Shown: positions 18,678 to 29,194 of the stretch, one piece after another | Numbering within the stretch: position 1 is the first letter of the stretch | Layout: each line of letters opens with the position of its first letter | Assembly (NCBI GenBank): GCA_963762115.1 | Contig: CAVXJH010000005.1 | Coordinates: forward strand, 96,001 to 160,000 | Length of the DNA: 64,000 nucleotides | Direction: 5' to 3' | From: Candidatus Babeliales bacterium | GTDB taxonomy: Bacteria; Babelota; Babeliae; Babelales; JANWKD01 | Notes under the pieces: generated by a model | Databases searched by the model: none | What the model was told of the DNA's origin: nothing | Seen by the model: only the letters and a program-made list of their open reading frames with translations | Position numbers and translations under genes: made by a program

Positions 18678-20327
18678 ATGGCAGGAAAACGTATCGTTTT
18701 TGGCGTGGAAGCCCGCGGAAAAATTCGTGATGGTGTTGACATATTGGCTGATGCCGTAAAAGTCACCCTCGGACCTCGGGGTCGCAATGTTGCTTTTGAA
18801 AAAGCATTTGGCTCACCAACAATCACCAAAGATGGTGTTACTGTTGCAAAAGAAATTGAACTTCCCAATAAACTTGAAAACATGGGCGCACAAATGGTGC
18901 GTGAAGTTGCTAGCAAAACTGCTGAAGTAGCTGGTGATGGCACCACAACAGCAACAGTTTTAGCGCAAGCAATTTTCCGCGAAGGTAACAAATATGTTAC
19001 TGCAGGCGCAAATCCAATGGAATTAAAACGCGGCATCGACAAAGCTGTGCATGCTGTTGTTGAATTCATTAAAAATAATGCAAAAAAAGTAAGTTCAAAA
19101 AAAGAAATTGAACAAGTTGCAACGATTTCTGCAAATTCTGATACCATTATTGGTCAACAAATTGCTGAAGCAATGGACCGTGTAGGCCGCGATGGCGTTA
19201 TCACCGTTGAAGAAGCAAAAGGCATGGAAGATTCATTAGAAGTTGTTGAAGGTATGCAATTTGATCGTGGTTATCTTTCACCTTATTTCATCACTGATGC
19301 AGAAAAAATGGAAACGGTGTTACATGATGCAATGATTCTTCTTTATGAAAAGAAGATCAGCAGCATGAAGAGCTTGTTACCTCTTCTTGAACAAGTTGCA
19401 CGTTCTGGTCGTCCACTTTTGATTATTGCTGAAGATGTTGAAGGCGAAGCTCTTGCAACGCTTGTAGTGAACAAAATTCGCGGCACTCTTAATGTTGCTG
19501 CGGTAAAAGCTCCTGGCTTTGGTGATCGTCGCAAAGCGATGTTAGAAGATATCGCCATGTTAACCGGCGGTAAATTAATTACTGAAGATATCGGCATCAA
19601 GCTTGAGAACGTTACCTTGGATGATCTTGGTCATGCAAAAAAAATAGTAATCACCAAAGATACCTGCACCATTATTGAAGGCCAAGGAAGCTCTGAGAGC
19701 ATTAAAGGACGTATTGCATTAATCAAAGCGCAAATCGAAGCAACAGCTTCTGATTACGACAAAGAAAAATTGCAAGAACGCCTTGCCAAACTTGCTGGCG
19801 GTGTTGCTGTCATCAAAGTTGGTGCTGCAACTGAAACAGAAATGAAAGAAAAAAAAGATCGCATCGACGATGCATTGAATGCAACCAGAGCTGCTGTTGA
19901 AGAAGGTGTTGTTGCTGGTGGCGGTGTTCTTTATATCAGAGCACAAGAATCTGTAAACGCACTTAAACTTGAAGGCGATGAGAAATTTGGTGCACAAATT
20001 GTTGCACGTGCTTTAGAAGAACCTTTGCGAGTAATCGTATCTAATGCGGGCGACGAAGCATCAGTTATTGTCAATCGCATAAAAAACGAAAAAGGCACTA
20101 TTGGTTATGATGCAAAAAACAGCAAATTCGTTGATATGTTCGAAGCTGGCATCATCGATCCAGCCAAGGTTGAGCGCACTGCATTGCAAAATGCTGCATC
20201 AATCGCTGGTCTTTTGTTAACAACAGAAGTTACCATTTCTGATTTGCCCGATGACAAAAAAGAATCGCAAGGTCACGCTGGCATGCCTCCAATGGGTGGT
20301 ATGGGCGGCATGGGTGGCATGTATTAA
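18678..20327 (+). CDS. groEL: Chaperonin GroEL
   Basis: [31 protein letters not shown] tail. Start moved to ATG 18678 after RBS aggag. Confidence 0.98.
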   Translation: MAGKRIVFGVEARGKIRDGVDILADAVKVTLGPRGRNVAFEKAFGSPTITKDGVTVAKEIELPNKLENMGAQMVREVASKTAEVAGDGTTTATVLAQAIFREGNKYVTAGANPMELKRGIDKAVHAVVEFIKNNAKKVSSKKEIEQVATISANSDTIIGQQIAEAMDRVGRDGVITVEEAKGMEDSLEVVEGMQFDRGYLSPYFITDAEKMETVLHDAMILLYEKKISSMKSLLPLLEQVARSGRPLLIIAEDVEGEALATLVVNKIRGTLNVAAVKAPGFGDRRKAMLEDIAMLTGGKLITEDIGIKLENVTLDDLGHAKKIVITKDTCTIIEGQGSSESIKGRIALIKAQIEATASDYDKEKLQERLAKLAGGVAVIKVGAATETEMKEKKDRIDDALNATRAAVEEGVVAGGGVLYIRAQESVNALKLEGDEKFGAQIVARALEEPLRVIVSNAGDEASVIVNRIKNEKGTIGYDAKNSKFVDMFEAGIIDPAKVERTALQNAASIAGLLLTTEVTISDLPDDKKESQGHAGMPPMGGMGGMGGMY

Positions 20328-20353
20328 TTTTTAAATTAATTCTTTCCGCGTAC

Positions 20354-20396
20354 AAAAAAAAGAAGGCTCGCAACGTTATGTGCGAGCCTTCTTTTT
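20354..20396 (+). terminator. Rho-independent terminator after groEL
   Basis: aaaaagaaggctcgca-loop-tgcgagccttcttttt. Confidence 0.85.
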
Positions 20397-20423
20397 AAAA
20401 TTATATTTTAATAAAGACATATT

Positions 20424-21077
20424 ATGAATTTTAAAACCATTTTTTTATCACTTTCATTATTCAGCTTAATTGCGTCAATTTACGCTGGCAAAATTAGAAA
20501 AATTACAGAGACAAATAATACAGAAGAACCCGTCCCTCAATTTCTAGAAACAGAAAGTGCAATAACTGCTAAAGAGTTAATACGTGCACATATATCTTGT
20601 TTTGGTGCTGAGTGTAATGACAAGAATACATTACTAAAAAATGCAACTGTATACAGCATTCACAACCTCATATGCTGGACATTCGAAGATGAAGGGTTAG
20701 CTGAACAGGAGCGTAAAAAAATTATCGAATTACTACAAAATATTCAACAAGAGCGGCCCGATTTAATACAAGAAGCACTTGATAAAAGCATTTGTGGTTG
20801 TTCCAGGATTGATGGCTGTTCCAGGATTTGTAGATGCTATCCAGGATCTTTAGATTTTGAATATATTACAGCTCTTATTAACCTTGGAGCAAACCCTCAC
20901 AAAACCTTCAAAGATAAAAATTACAGTGCAATAGAAAAATTAGAAGCACGGTTTGGATCAATAAAAATAAAAAATGTAGAATCATTAGATTGCGATCATT
21001 GGTCTTTTGGACAAGATAAATCCGAAAATTACGAATGTAAAGAAATTGAAAAACTCATTAACTTTATAAAAAAATAA
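20424..21077 (+). CDS. Hypothetical exported protein, possible degenerate ankyrin element
   Basis: Signal peptide; LINLGANP motif; internal 18-bp triplication. Confidence 0.7.
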   Translation: MNFKTIFLSLSLFSLIASIYAGKIRKITETNNTEEPVPQFLETESAITAKELIRAHISCFGAECNDKNTLLKNATVYSIHNLICWTFEDEGLAEQERKKIIELLQNIQQERPDLIQEALDKSICGCSRIDGCSRICRCYPGSLDFEYITALINLGANPHKTFKDKNYSAIEKLEARFGSIKIKNVESLDCDHWSFGQDKSENYECKEIEKLINFIKK

Positions 21078-21151
21078 GAGAAATAAGCTAAAAGTATCAT
21101 AGTAAAAGCGAGCTCTCTTTTTTGAAATATATTTTAACATAAGGACATATT

Positions 21152-21811
21152 ATGGATCTTAAGAAACTATTTTTATCATTAGTATTAACATGCTCAATCG
21201 TATCACTCAGAGCTGAAGAAACAAAACAACAATCAGAAACTAAAGCACCATTTGTTTTCAAAGTTTTCAATAACGAAGAAGAATGTAAAAATTTTACTAG
21301 AGGATTCTGGAGCCTTGGAACGCTTATCCTTATAAGCAACTTTGGCAAGGAACAAGCTGCAGAACGTAACATTAAAAATTTACCAGAAAATTTCAGAGAA
21401 AAATGTAATGAGGCTATCAATTATTTAGCACATACAAGACCTCTTAACGGTGATGCCCTCAAAAATGAATGGCGCACATTATTTTTTACCCTTAATGGCC
21501 AAAAAATAGAATCTCCCGAAAAATATAAAGATTCTCATTTATTAAATCCTGATGCTGCTATTTTACTTCTAACAAAAGGCGCTGATCCATTAAATGTTAA
21601 TGGTAGCACAGAATATGATGTTGTTTTTTATGTTGCTAAAGAAATCACCGGATTAAATTTCGAACAATCGCTTGATAAACTTCACGCAAAATTTGAATGT
21701 TACAAAAAAGAAAATGTATCAACCCAAGATTGCAAAGATCTTGTAAAAGTACAAACAGCGATCAAACGATTAAAAAAAGAACAAGAAAAAACGGCATCAA
21801 CAGCTTCTTAA
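21152..21811 (+). CDS. Hypothetical exported protein, possible degenerate ankyrin element
   Basis: Signal peptide ending LRA; LLLTKGADP motif. Confidence 0.7.
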   Translation: MDLKKLFLSLVLTCSIVSLRAEETKQQSETKAPFVFKVFNNEEECKNFTRGFWSLGTLILISNFGKEQAAERNIKNLPENFREKCNEAINYLAHTRPLNGDALKNEWRTLFFTLNGQKIESPEKYKDSHLLNPDAAILLLTKGADPLNVNGSTEYDVVFYVAKEITGLNFEQSLDKLHAKFECYKKENVSTQDCKDLVKVQTAIKRLKKEQEKTASTAS

Positions 21812-21817
21812 AAAGAT

Positions 21818-21854
21818 GAAGGCCCTGCATATATTGCACAGGGCCTTCTTTTTT
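21818..21854. terminator. Rho-independent terminator between convergent genes
   Basis: gaaggccctg...cagggccttctttttt. Confidence 0.8.
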
Positions 21855-21880
21855 GAAAATAAATTATATTACTTATTTGA

Positions 21881-22651
21881 TCATTTCATATAATAATGCA
21901 TAAGCGCTGCATTAACTTCTTCTGCTTCATTATAATTTTTTGCATCAAGCAATTTTTGTGAAAAATCAAAATAAAATTCCACGATCCTTCGTTTAAAATG
22001 GTGGTTATCTTCAGGTTTATCCAAATAACTCAATGCCTTTATAAGGTATGGCTGTCTTTCAAAAAGTTCCTGTTTAACGCTCTTATAGCTTTCTTCATAT
22101 AACTGCTGAAGTAAAAAATTCAGATTTATATCAATATTCATTTTTGCATTCAAAGCACATTGCCTTAAAAAAGTTTCACTTTTATCAACTGAAAGCTTCC
22201 TTGTTGGTTCCAGTTCCCCGTTACATAACACGCTTATAGGCGATTCATTATTATTTGAAAAACCTGTATTACTCAATTGCTGCAGAGAATTCTTACCTAA
22301 ATTTTCTCTATTACTTTCACTTAGCTTAGATTTTTGTTCTTTACGAAATTTTACTACTGCATCTAAGCCTGCAGTATCATACATATATCTCTCAAATGGA
22401 TCTTCCAGTATTTCATACGCCTCTTTCAATTGCGCATGTTGCTCTTCAGCTTCTTCATAAACAGTAAAGGGCAATCTCATGGTAATTCGAAGATACTCTT
22501 GAGTATAAATACGAAAACTCTTTACTACTGCTTCATGATTTGCATCTTTGTTAAGTCCCAAACGAACATATAAATCATCATTATGGTGTTCCATAGCGTT
22601 TAAGATTTTGAAAAAGATTAAAACAAAAATAAAAATTATTTTTCTGCTCAT
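21881..22651 (-). CDS. Secreted J-like domain protein lacking HPD
   Basis: Signal peptide+MEH; LYVRLGL..A...VVKSFR ... LKEAYEILEDPFERYMYD. Confidence 0.85.
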   Translation of the reverse strand: MSRKIIFIFVLIFFKILNAMEHHNDDLYVRLGLNKDANHEAVVKSFRIYTQEYLRITMRLPFTVYEEAEEQHAQLKEAYEILEDPFERYMYDTAGLDAVVKFRKEQKSKLSESNRENLGKNSLQQLSNTGFSNNNESPISVLCNGELEPTRKLSVDKSETFLRQCALNAKMNIDINLNFLLQQLYEESYKSVKQELFERQPYLIKALSYLDKPEDNHHFKRRIVEFYFDFSQKLLDAKNYNEAEEVNAALMHYYMK

Positions 22652-22774
22652 ATTAAAAACAACCTAGAAAAATTATTAATACGACAATATGATGTTGTAG
22701 TATATAATGTTTAATAATATTGCAATAGATTTACACAAAAGATGCTTCTCGTAATGATAAAAATATTTTTTTTA

Positions 22775-23317
22775 TTATGTATTCTTTAAAAATTCTGGTA
22801 AATCAGAAAGACCTTCATTCAAAAAATCTATATTTTCTTCCATTTCTGTTATATCGATTATTTCTTTATCAAATGTATCATGATGAATATTTTCAGTTGT
22901 TTGATTTTGTTGCAATGCATCTAATGGCATCATTGGTATCAACTTCACGCTAGGATTCAATAACTGTGCAACATATGACATATGTTCATAAAATTCATTT
23001 GGCTCTTTCACTTCAGAAGTAGTCAATCCCATCTTCTCATCATAGGCTTTCCTCTTTTGCCGATCTGATAGAATATTGTATGCCATTCTAATAGTATCAA
23101 ATTTTTCCTCGACTTTTTCATCTATTACATTTAAAGATTGCATCGTTTTATGCAAAAAATATTTTGTTAACCTAAGGTAACGTTTCTCTATTGCATAAGG
23201 AGTTGCATTACGAGCAACCCCCAAAATTTTATATAAATTAATTTCCTTTTGCTGCTCCATAGCTATCAAGCCTATAGAACAAGTCAAAAAAGCTAAAAAT
23301 AACATTATTTTCTTCAT
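22775..23317 (-). CDS. Secreted J-like domain protein lacking HPD
   Basis: Signal peptide+MEQ; LYKILGV..A...IEKRYLRL ... AYNILSDRQKRKAYD. Confidence 0.85.
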   Translation of the reverse strand: MKKIMLFLAFLTCSIGLIAMEQQKEINLYKILGVARNATPYAIEKRYLRLTKYFLHKTMQSLNVIDEKVEEKFDTIRMAYNILSDRQKRKAYDEKMGLTTSEVKEPNEFYEHMSYVAQLLNPSVKLIPMMPLDALQQNQTTENIHHDTFDKEIIDITEMEENIDFLNEGLSDLPEFLKNT

Positions 23318-23387
23318 AAGAGTCCCTATTAAAAACTATACTTCAATATAAAATGAACAAAAAAATGATGTACAACAAACATATCAA

Positions 23388-25673
23388 TTACAATGATAAA
23401 TCAATGACGTCTCCCAATATATCTTGCGTATCTTGCTCAGAAAGACCTTCTTGATTAGACAAATCTTGCGCTAATTGGGCTTGTACTTTTATTGCATTTA
23501 ATTTTTCGGTCAAAATACCTGTTTGATAAGTGGTTAGTGCAGCATCAATAACTTGAATTGCATTGTCATAACGATTTTCTTGAAGCAATTCCCTGGCAAA
23601 ATTAAGATAAAAACCAATAATTTCTTGTTCTAATCCATTTCTATAATGAGGTTCTAGATTAGATATTAATCGTATAAAATGTTGTTGTTCTGCTAAAAGA
23701 GCTGATTGAACATAAGAAATGGTTTTATTACTGCATCTCATTACATGCACACTAGTTTGTAATACTTCCAATTTCTTTAAAACTTCATTAGCAGTAGAAC
23801 TAACAAAACGATAAAGATGAACCGCTTCTATTCTTTGTAAGGCAGAAGGCTCACTCCATTTGACACCACAAACATATTCCAAAAGATCATGCGCTCCATT
23901 GATGATACCGTTATTGTATAAAGTAGTAAAAAATTTAAAACAATTATCAAACGCCTCATATTGTAAATCTAAAGGAATTTCTAAAAAATTCTTCATCGTA
24001 TCAACGAATTTTATCGATGGGTTAAAACGATATTGATCTATTAATGCTTTAATTCGGTTATGATAGTTATCTATTTTCTGAGAATAAAATCCCTTTTCCT
24101 TATCCATTGATAATGCTATTTGAAGTGTTATTAGACAACTGTTAGCATTCTTGATCCTATCTTGAACATCAACATAATTTCTATTTTTGGTATCGATATC
24201 ATTTTTTCCTTCAAGACGAATAATATTTTGTAATTGAAAACATTTTTTTTTAAATTCATCATTACTCGCTGCATAAGAACTCCGACAAAGATTCTGAATA
24301 ATTCTCATAGCTTCATTAAATTTTTTATTTTTAGCCAATCGTTCAGCAAGTAAATAACTAAATTTAAAAACATAATCATTAAGATAAGTAAGCTTGAATT
24401 CCATTACATGCTTACAAAAAAGAAGTAACCCTTTATGCACAAAATCAAGTGGCATTGTTGAATTAGCAAAAGAAAAATTCAAATACCCCAAATCATTATA
24501 CCAACCCATTAAAATGTTTTTTATGTTTCCTTGAGCTTTTTCCACTTCCAATTGCCATACCTTGTCTTCTTCACTCTGAAAAGATGAAACATGTTTTAAA
24601 ACTTCACCACATAATTCATAGGCACTCTGAACAAAAAATAAAAAATCTGGTTGATTTTCATGCTTCTGATAAAGCATTTCAGCAGCATTAAAAGCAAGTC
24701 TAAGAAATTCTTTTTTTGCTTCTAAAAAGTTAGGATTGACTCTCAGCTCAGAAGATCTTTCAGAAATATAATATTTATTTGCAACATTTTTAAATTTTTC
24801 ATGAAAAAACAATGGATCAATTTTTTGAGTTTTAGCGAGCTCTGTTTCCCGGCGTAAATCAGCATTAGCCTCTTGCACTGCTTCAATAGTTGCTTTAACA
24901 TTTTTTGGATCTACAATTTTTCTTTTTTTCACAGGAGGAGCATGTTTTTTCATTGCTTCTTCAATCAACCGTTTTTCACGTGATTGAGCATAAGTAGCAT
25001 GAACTGCTGGTGTATTATTTTTTTGCACATATAATGCATACAAATTTTTTAATCTATCAGCAAAGTCTGTTTCTGAACCCACATACCGTAGCCCATTGGC
25101 AATATAACACTTTGCCTCATCAATACAATCTCTTTCATATAACAATTGAGCAAATTGAAGACAATTTTCTAAAAAATTCACCCTAAGTGCTTTGCAACAA
25201 TCATCATCATTATTATTCATTATATATTGTCTATATAATTCATTGGCAGCATCAATCTCAGGTTTCAATACATTAATATCGGGTTGCATAGAAAAAATAC
25301 TTCTAATTTTTGTTTGATACGCATCTCTTTTATGCAGAATATCTTCAAACGCAACCTTTTGGGCAACATTATCACGATTATGTAAGTCGTAATACCTTTT
25401 CCAATGATCACCATATTTATCATAAAAGTTTCTTTTTTCAGGATCACGCAAAACATCATGAGCATTATTTATCTCTTTAAATATCTCTCCCCCATAAAGA
25501 TTTTTACTAGGATGATATTGTTTTGCTAAAGCACGGTATTTTTCCTTAATGCTTTCTTGATTTGCAGTTCTTTCAACACCTAAAATAGTATAATAATCTC
25601 TCGGTTGCCCCTCCATGCCTTGTAACCCTTTAAAACAGGCTAAAAAGAGTAAAAAAACTATTGTTTTTTTCAT
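23388..25673 (-). CDS. Large secreted J-domain protein (HPS variant) with helical region and NLS-like motif
   Basis: DYYTILGV...YRALAKQYHPSK...INNAHDVLRDPEKRNFYD; PPVKKRKI. Start set at MKKTIV because the track start overlaps a -10 box. Confidence 0.85.
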   Translation of the reverse strand: MKKTIVFLLFLACFKGLQGMEGQPRDYYTILGVERTANQESIKEKYRALAKQYHPSKNLYGGEIFKEINNAHDVLRDPEKRNFYDKYGDHWKRYYDLHNRDNVAQKVAFEDILHKRDAYQTKIRSIFSMQPDINVLKPEIDAANELYRQYIMNNNDDDCCKALRVNFLENCLQFAQLLYERDCIDEAKCYIANGLRYVGSETDFADRLKNLYALYVQKNNTPAVHATYAQSREKRLIEEAMKKHAPPVKKRKIVDPKNVKATIEAVQEANADLRRETELAKTQKIDPLFFHEKFKNVANKYYISERSSELRVNPNFLEAKKEFLRLAFNAAEMLYQKHENQPDFLFFVQSAYELCGEVLKHVSSFQSEEDKVWQLEVEKAQGNIKNILMGWYNDLGYLNFSFANSTMPLDFVHKGLLLFCKHVMEFKLTYLNDYVFKFSYLLAERLAKNKKFNEAMRIIQNLCRSSYAASNDEFKKKCFQLQNIIRLEGKNDIDTKNRNYVDVQDRIKNANSCLITLQIALSMDKEKGFYSQKIDNYHNRIKALIDQYRFNPSIKFVDTMKNFLEIPLDLQYEAFDNCFKFFTTLYNNGIINGAHDLLEYVCGVKWSEPSALQRIEAVHLYRFVSSTANEVLKKLEVLQTSVHVMRCSNKTISYVQSALLAEQQHFIRLISNLEPHYRNGLEQEIIGFYLNFARELLQENRYDNAIQVIDAALTTYQTGILTEKLNAIKVQAQLAQDLSNQEGLSEQDTQDILGDVIDLSL

Positions 25674-25728
25674 AAAACCCCTAAAAATCATATTTTTTAT
25701 AGTAGTATAATCAAATTTACATAATTTC

Positions 25729-25756
25729 ATTATAGCTATTTATTTATATTTGTCAA
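25729..25756 (-). promoter_or_regulatory. Sigma70-type promoter for the J-domain cluster
   Basis: Minus-strand TTGACA-N16-TATAAT. Confidence 0.65.
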
Positions 25757-25830
25757 TTTTAAAAAAAATAAATAAAAAAATTAACCAATAAGTAAGCCAT
25801 AATCATTATGGAAACCAAAGCTCGATTTAA

Positions 25831-25858
25831 TTGACAAATAACGGCTGATCATTATATT
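25831..25858 (+). promoter_or_regulatory. Divergent sigma70-type promoter
   Basis: TTGACA-N16-TATATT upstream of 25937. Confidence 0.5.
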
Positions 25859-25936
25859 GTGACTAAGATTCCTAAAAAGAGTCTTCTAGAGCTGCTACCT
25901 TAAGCAAAGCAACTTTTATCTTGACTAGGAGAATCT

Positions 25937-26326
25937 ATGAAAAAAGTAACATTACTCTGTTTATCATTATTATCAGCAAATGCTTTGCTTGCAGATGTAA
26001 AACTTATGATGGATGTTTGTGTTGGCGAAATGTGCATGAAAGGCGAATTCGTTCTTGATGCAAATAACCCAGTTGCAACACTTTCAGACGATGCAGCAAA
26101 CATTGTTGTAGCAGTACAACAAGTTGAAGCAACCGAACAAGCTACAACCGAAGAAAAACAAGAAGTCGTTGTTGATGCTTCAACAGAAGTTGCTCCTGCA
26201 CCAGAATTTGAAGTAACCATCCAAAATGATGGCGTAACAACAACCCACATGGTACAAGGCCAATGGGGATGCACAATGCAATGCAACAATGAAATGGTTA
26301 TGGTAACCATGATGGCAAATCAATAA
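25937..26326 (+). CDS. Small exported hypothetical protein
   Basis: RBS aggaga; signal peptide ending LLA; acidic E/A/T/V linker. Confidence 0.8.
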   Translation: MKKVTLLCLSLLSANALLADVKLMMDVCVGEMCMKGEFVLDANNPVATLSDDAANIVVAVQQVEATEQATTEEKQEVVVDASTEVAPAPEFEVTIQNDGVTTTHMVQGQWGCTMQCNNEMVMVTMMANQ

Positions 26327-26382
26327 AATAATCTTAATTTTTTAGCTTTGTTGCTTAAGGTACATAAAAAAAGCTCTTGTAA

Positions 26383-26421
26383 TTTGTATTGTCAGGTCAT
26401 AATTAGATCTGACAATACAAA
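26383..26421. terminator. Long inverted repeat (terminator-like)
   Basis: tttgtattgtcag...ctgacaatacaaa, 13-bp arms. Confidence 0.5.
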
Positions 26422-26486
26422 CAAATACCTCACCTCTTGCATATAAAAATTCTTTTTTGTTATCGTAAAAATAAAAAGGAAATTTT

Positions 26487-26651
26487 ATGACCAACAAAAA
26501 AAATCAAAAACCATTCTCACCTAAAAAAGAAGAAAAATCTCAAAAAGAGCAAGCACCTTCTCAAGAAAAAAAGAAACAAAATACACCACATGATATATAT
26601 GAAGATGATGAAAATACTCATGGTGTTTATGAAAGTGAAAGCGATTATTGA
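26487..26651 (+). CDS. Small 54-aa charged protein (not in ORF track)
   Basis: RBS aagga; MTNKKNQKPFSPKKEEK...HDIYEDDENTHGVYESESDY*. Confidence 0.5.
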   Translation: MTNKKNQKPFSPKKEEKSQKEQAPSQEKKKQNTPHDIYEDDENTHGVYESESDY

Positions 26652-26654
26652 TAA

Positions 26655-28184
26655 CTAAAAGCCACAACCAATTTTTGCCCATACTCCATACCGCTTAAAA
26701 TCAGTATTATAATGAGGAATTTCAATAAAGCCACCAAAGCCTAAAAAGAATAATGCATGTGGGCCATATAAGGTATAACCTCCCGCTACATGAAATCTAA
26801 AGTTGATAGCACCACGTGCTGCTGCTGAATTAAGTTCTATATCATTATCAGTAATTGGAACAAAGATTTGCTGACGCGTTATCAGGTCAACATCATTTGG
26901 CTCAAGCACACCAATCGTACTCAAACTTGCTGTTGCCGGTACCCCAGTACCATCAATAAAACCGACACCCTGTATCCCATAATCACAAGGAAAGCAATCT
27001 TTTAAACGAACATCTTCACGTCCGCGTGCCCATAAATCAAATCCTGCTTCAACTTCAAATCCACCCATTTGAGAACGTAACCCCGTTGCCATATCAACTT
27101 TATTATAAGGTCTCACGCGCACAGGACGAGTCAAAATATTTACTGCAGGAATATTAGTCCTACCATCCCTATTAACCAATAATAAATAACGTGACCAAGT
27201 CTTTGATTTAAGATCTAATGTTCTTAGCTGTGAATCTTTGAAAAAATAAATATTTTCTATTTCCAAAAACAACGCAATAAAACAACAATCACTATCTCTG
27301 GTTAATGGTAATTGCATCAAAAAACCCGAACCATACCCAAAATGCCTGTTCGTACCCAACGATGGGCTAAAAACAAATTCAGGATCTGAGTAACCATGTA
27401 AAGGAGCAACAAACGTTGAATAAAGACCAAGTTGAAAACCATCACGATCTAAAAAATTACTTCCTATTTTTATATCAAGTTCTGCAACACTAAAAATCTT
27501 TTTTGATGGACCAAATTTTGCAAAATTCCAAGCAGGATTGGATAAGGCTTCAACGATATTAGTTGGGGCAATTGGCCTCATTGCCGGTTCAGTGTGCGAT
27601 AGATATTCCACCAAGTTAATACTATTTTTTACATATTGAACAGGTAAACCCACACCAATCCAAAAGCCCTTTAAAAACTCCGTCTCAAAGAAGTCCCTCA
27701 AACTACAATACCCTTCTAACCAGAGGCCAAATTGTTCTTGTTTTGGCTTAACGGTAAAACTACCCGTAAAATTACTTGGTAGATTAATCCATTCAGCACG
27801 AATATCGCGACTATATTGATTATTGGCGATTGCAGCATCACCTTTTACTACCAGAAAATTTTTATCATCTTCGCCACAAGGAGCCTCATCAAATAAAAAG
27901 TAGCGAGCAACACCGCGCGAGCTCATAGATCTTTGATAAAGGGGTAATGCCTGAAATGCAACATTATGGGGCTCACAAGCATTAAAAATCATATCATGCC
28001 ATAGTGATTGCTGTGCTGCAATATTGCGATAGACGGGACGCGTAGAGATGAAAGTACGCGCAACGCCACAACAAGGCGGGCAATATGCTAAGTTTTCTGA
28101 GCAACAAGTTGTTAAATTAGTATTATAAGAAAGAGTTGTTTGTAACCAAGTACAAAACACAATACATAAAAGAATTTTTTTCAT
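26655..28184 (-). CDS. Hypothetical exported protein, probable outer-membrane beta-barrel
   Basis: Signal peptide; C-terminal strand GVWAKIGCGF ending in Phe; many alternating hydrophobic strands. Confidence 0.65.
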   Translation of the reverse strand: MKKILLCIVFCTWLQTTLSYNTNLTTCCSENLAYCPPCCGVARTFISTRPVYRNIAAQQSLWHDMIFNACEPHNVAFQALPLYQRSMSSRGVARYFLFDEAPCGEDDKNFLVVKGDAAIANNQYSRDIRAEWINLPSNFTGSFTVKPKQEQFGLWLEGYCSLRDFFETEFLKGFWIGVGLPVQYVKNSINLVEYLSHTEPAMRPIAPTNIVEALSNPAWNFAKFGPSKKIFSVAELDIKIGSNFLDRDGFQLGLYSTFVAPLHGYSDPEFVFSPSLGTNRHFGYGSGFLMQLPLTRDSDCCFIALFLEIENIYFFKDSQLRTLDLKSKTWSRYLLLVNRDGRTNIPAVNILTRPVRVRPYNKVDMATGLRSQMGGFEVEAGFDLWARGREDVRLKDCFPCDYGIQGVGFIDGTGVPATASLSTIGVLEPNDVDLITRQQIFVPITDNDIELNSAAARGAINFRFHVAGGYTLYGPHALFFLGFGGFIEIPHYNTDFKRYGVWAKIGCGF

Positions 28185-28261
28185 TCTTGTTTTCCTTTTT
28201 TAAGCAAATGCTGTTCATTAGCTTAGGATAGGTTGTTAAGAAAAACAAGGTCTAAAATACT

Positions 28262-29194
28262 CTAGGTAATAGCTTTAGGTAATAGCTTTATTGCATCATC
28301 AAGAGAACTCTTTGAAAAAACTATAGCAGAAATTGCTTTTGTCATAGCAATTGCTTGCGCTAAAGATCTTTGATGAATATTGCGACCAGTTGCATTACCC
28401 ATCGTGCCAGCGCTATAAATTTGTTCATGCAATTCTTGTAGAAATTCTCGTGGATCTTGTGCTAAACCGCCTGCCATAATAACTTTGGTTCTGCCCGCCG
28501 CCTGCACAGCGATTTTTAGTGCATCAATATTCGATTGTTCTTTGGTTGCATGAGGCATATTTAATTTTACAAAATCAGCACCTAATGATGCTGCAAGCCC
28601 TGCTGCACCGGCAATAATCTCAGGTGCTGTTTCATCATTCACTGCTTTACCACGAGGATATACCCATATAATTGCTACCAATCCATGTTGATGCGCCTGA
28701 TAAATAAGTTGAGAAACTTCTTGCAACATTAACGATTCAAATTCACTGCCAGGATACAACGTATAACCAACACCACAAATCGATAATCCGGTATTTTTTT
28801 TGAATGAAACAACCTGCTCAACTGTCCATAATTGTCGGCTCAACGGATCTTTTTGCTGCGTTTTAACAAGATCAGTTTTTCCGTTCATCTTAACAATATA
28901 ATTACTATTCTGATAAGAATTACCATAGTGTGCAATAAGACCTAAATGAGTGGCAAAAGCGCCAATATCACCTTCTGATGCAATTCTAAAAAGATGTTCT
29001 GGATCATTATCTTCAAGATCAATTCCTTGACCATAAAAATCTCTATTTAAATGTTCAATTTTTTGATCACAGGCAAAAAGCATAAGCTTTCCTGTTCCCC
29101 GAGTAATTTTCGTATAGTTTTGAATAAAAACATCTCGCTGCTGCTCTGGCACATCAGCAGGAACTATCAGTATATTTTTTTTTTGACTATTCAC
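28262..29194 (-). CDS. Class I fructose-bisphosphate aldolase (DhnA/archaeal type)
   Basis: FACDQKIEH, VGYTLYPGSE, WVYPRG, LGADFVK (Schiff-base Lys), AGG, GRNIHQ. GTG start 29194 with RBS aagga. Confidence 0.9.
   Translation of the reverse strand: MNSQKKNILIVPADVPEQQRDVFIQNYTKITRGTGKLMLFACDQKIEHLNRDFYGQGIDLEDNDPEHLFRIASEGDIGAFATHLGLIAHYGNSYQNSNYIVKMNGKTDLVKTQQKDPLSRQLWTVEQVVSFKKNTGLSICGVGYTLYPGSEFESLMLQEVSQLIYQAHQHGLVAIIWVYPRGKAVNDETAPEIIAGAAGLAASLGADFVKLNMPHATKEQSNIDALKIAVQAAGRTKVIMAGGLAQDPREFLQELHEQIYSAGTMGNATGRNIHQRSLAQAIAMTKAISAIVFSKSSLDDAIKLLPKAIT

Noticed and set aside
18629..19997. Minus-strand ORFs overlapping groEL, and most other short nested ORFs in the track
   Set aside because: Antisense or alternate-frame shadows of well-supported genes, with no motifs.
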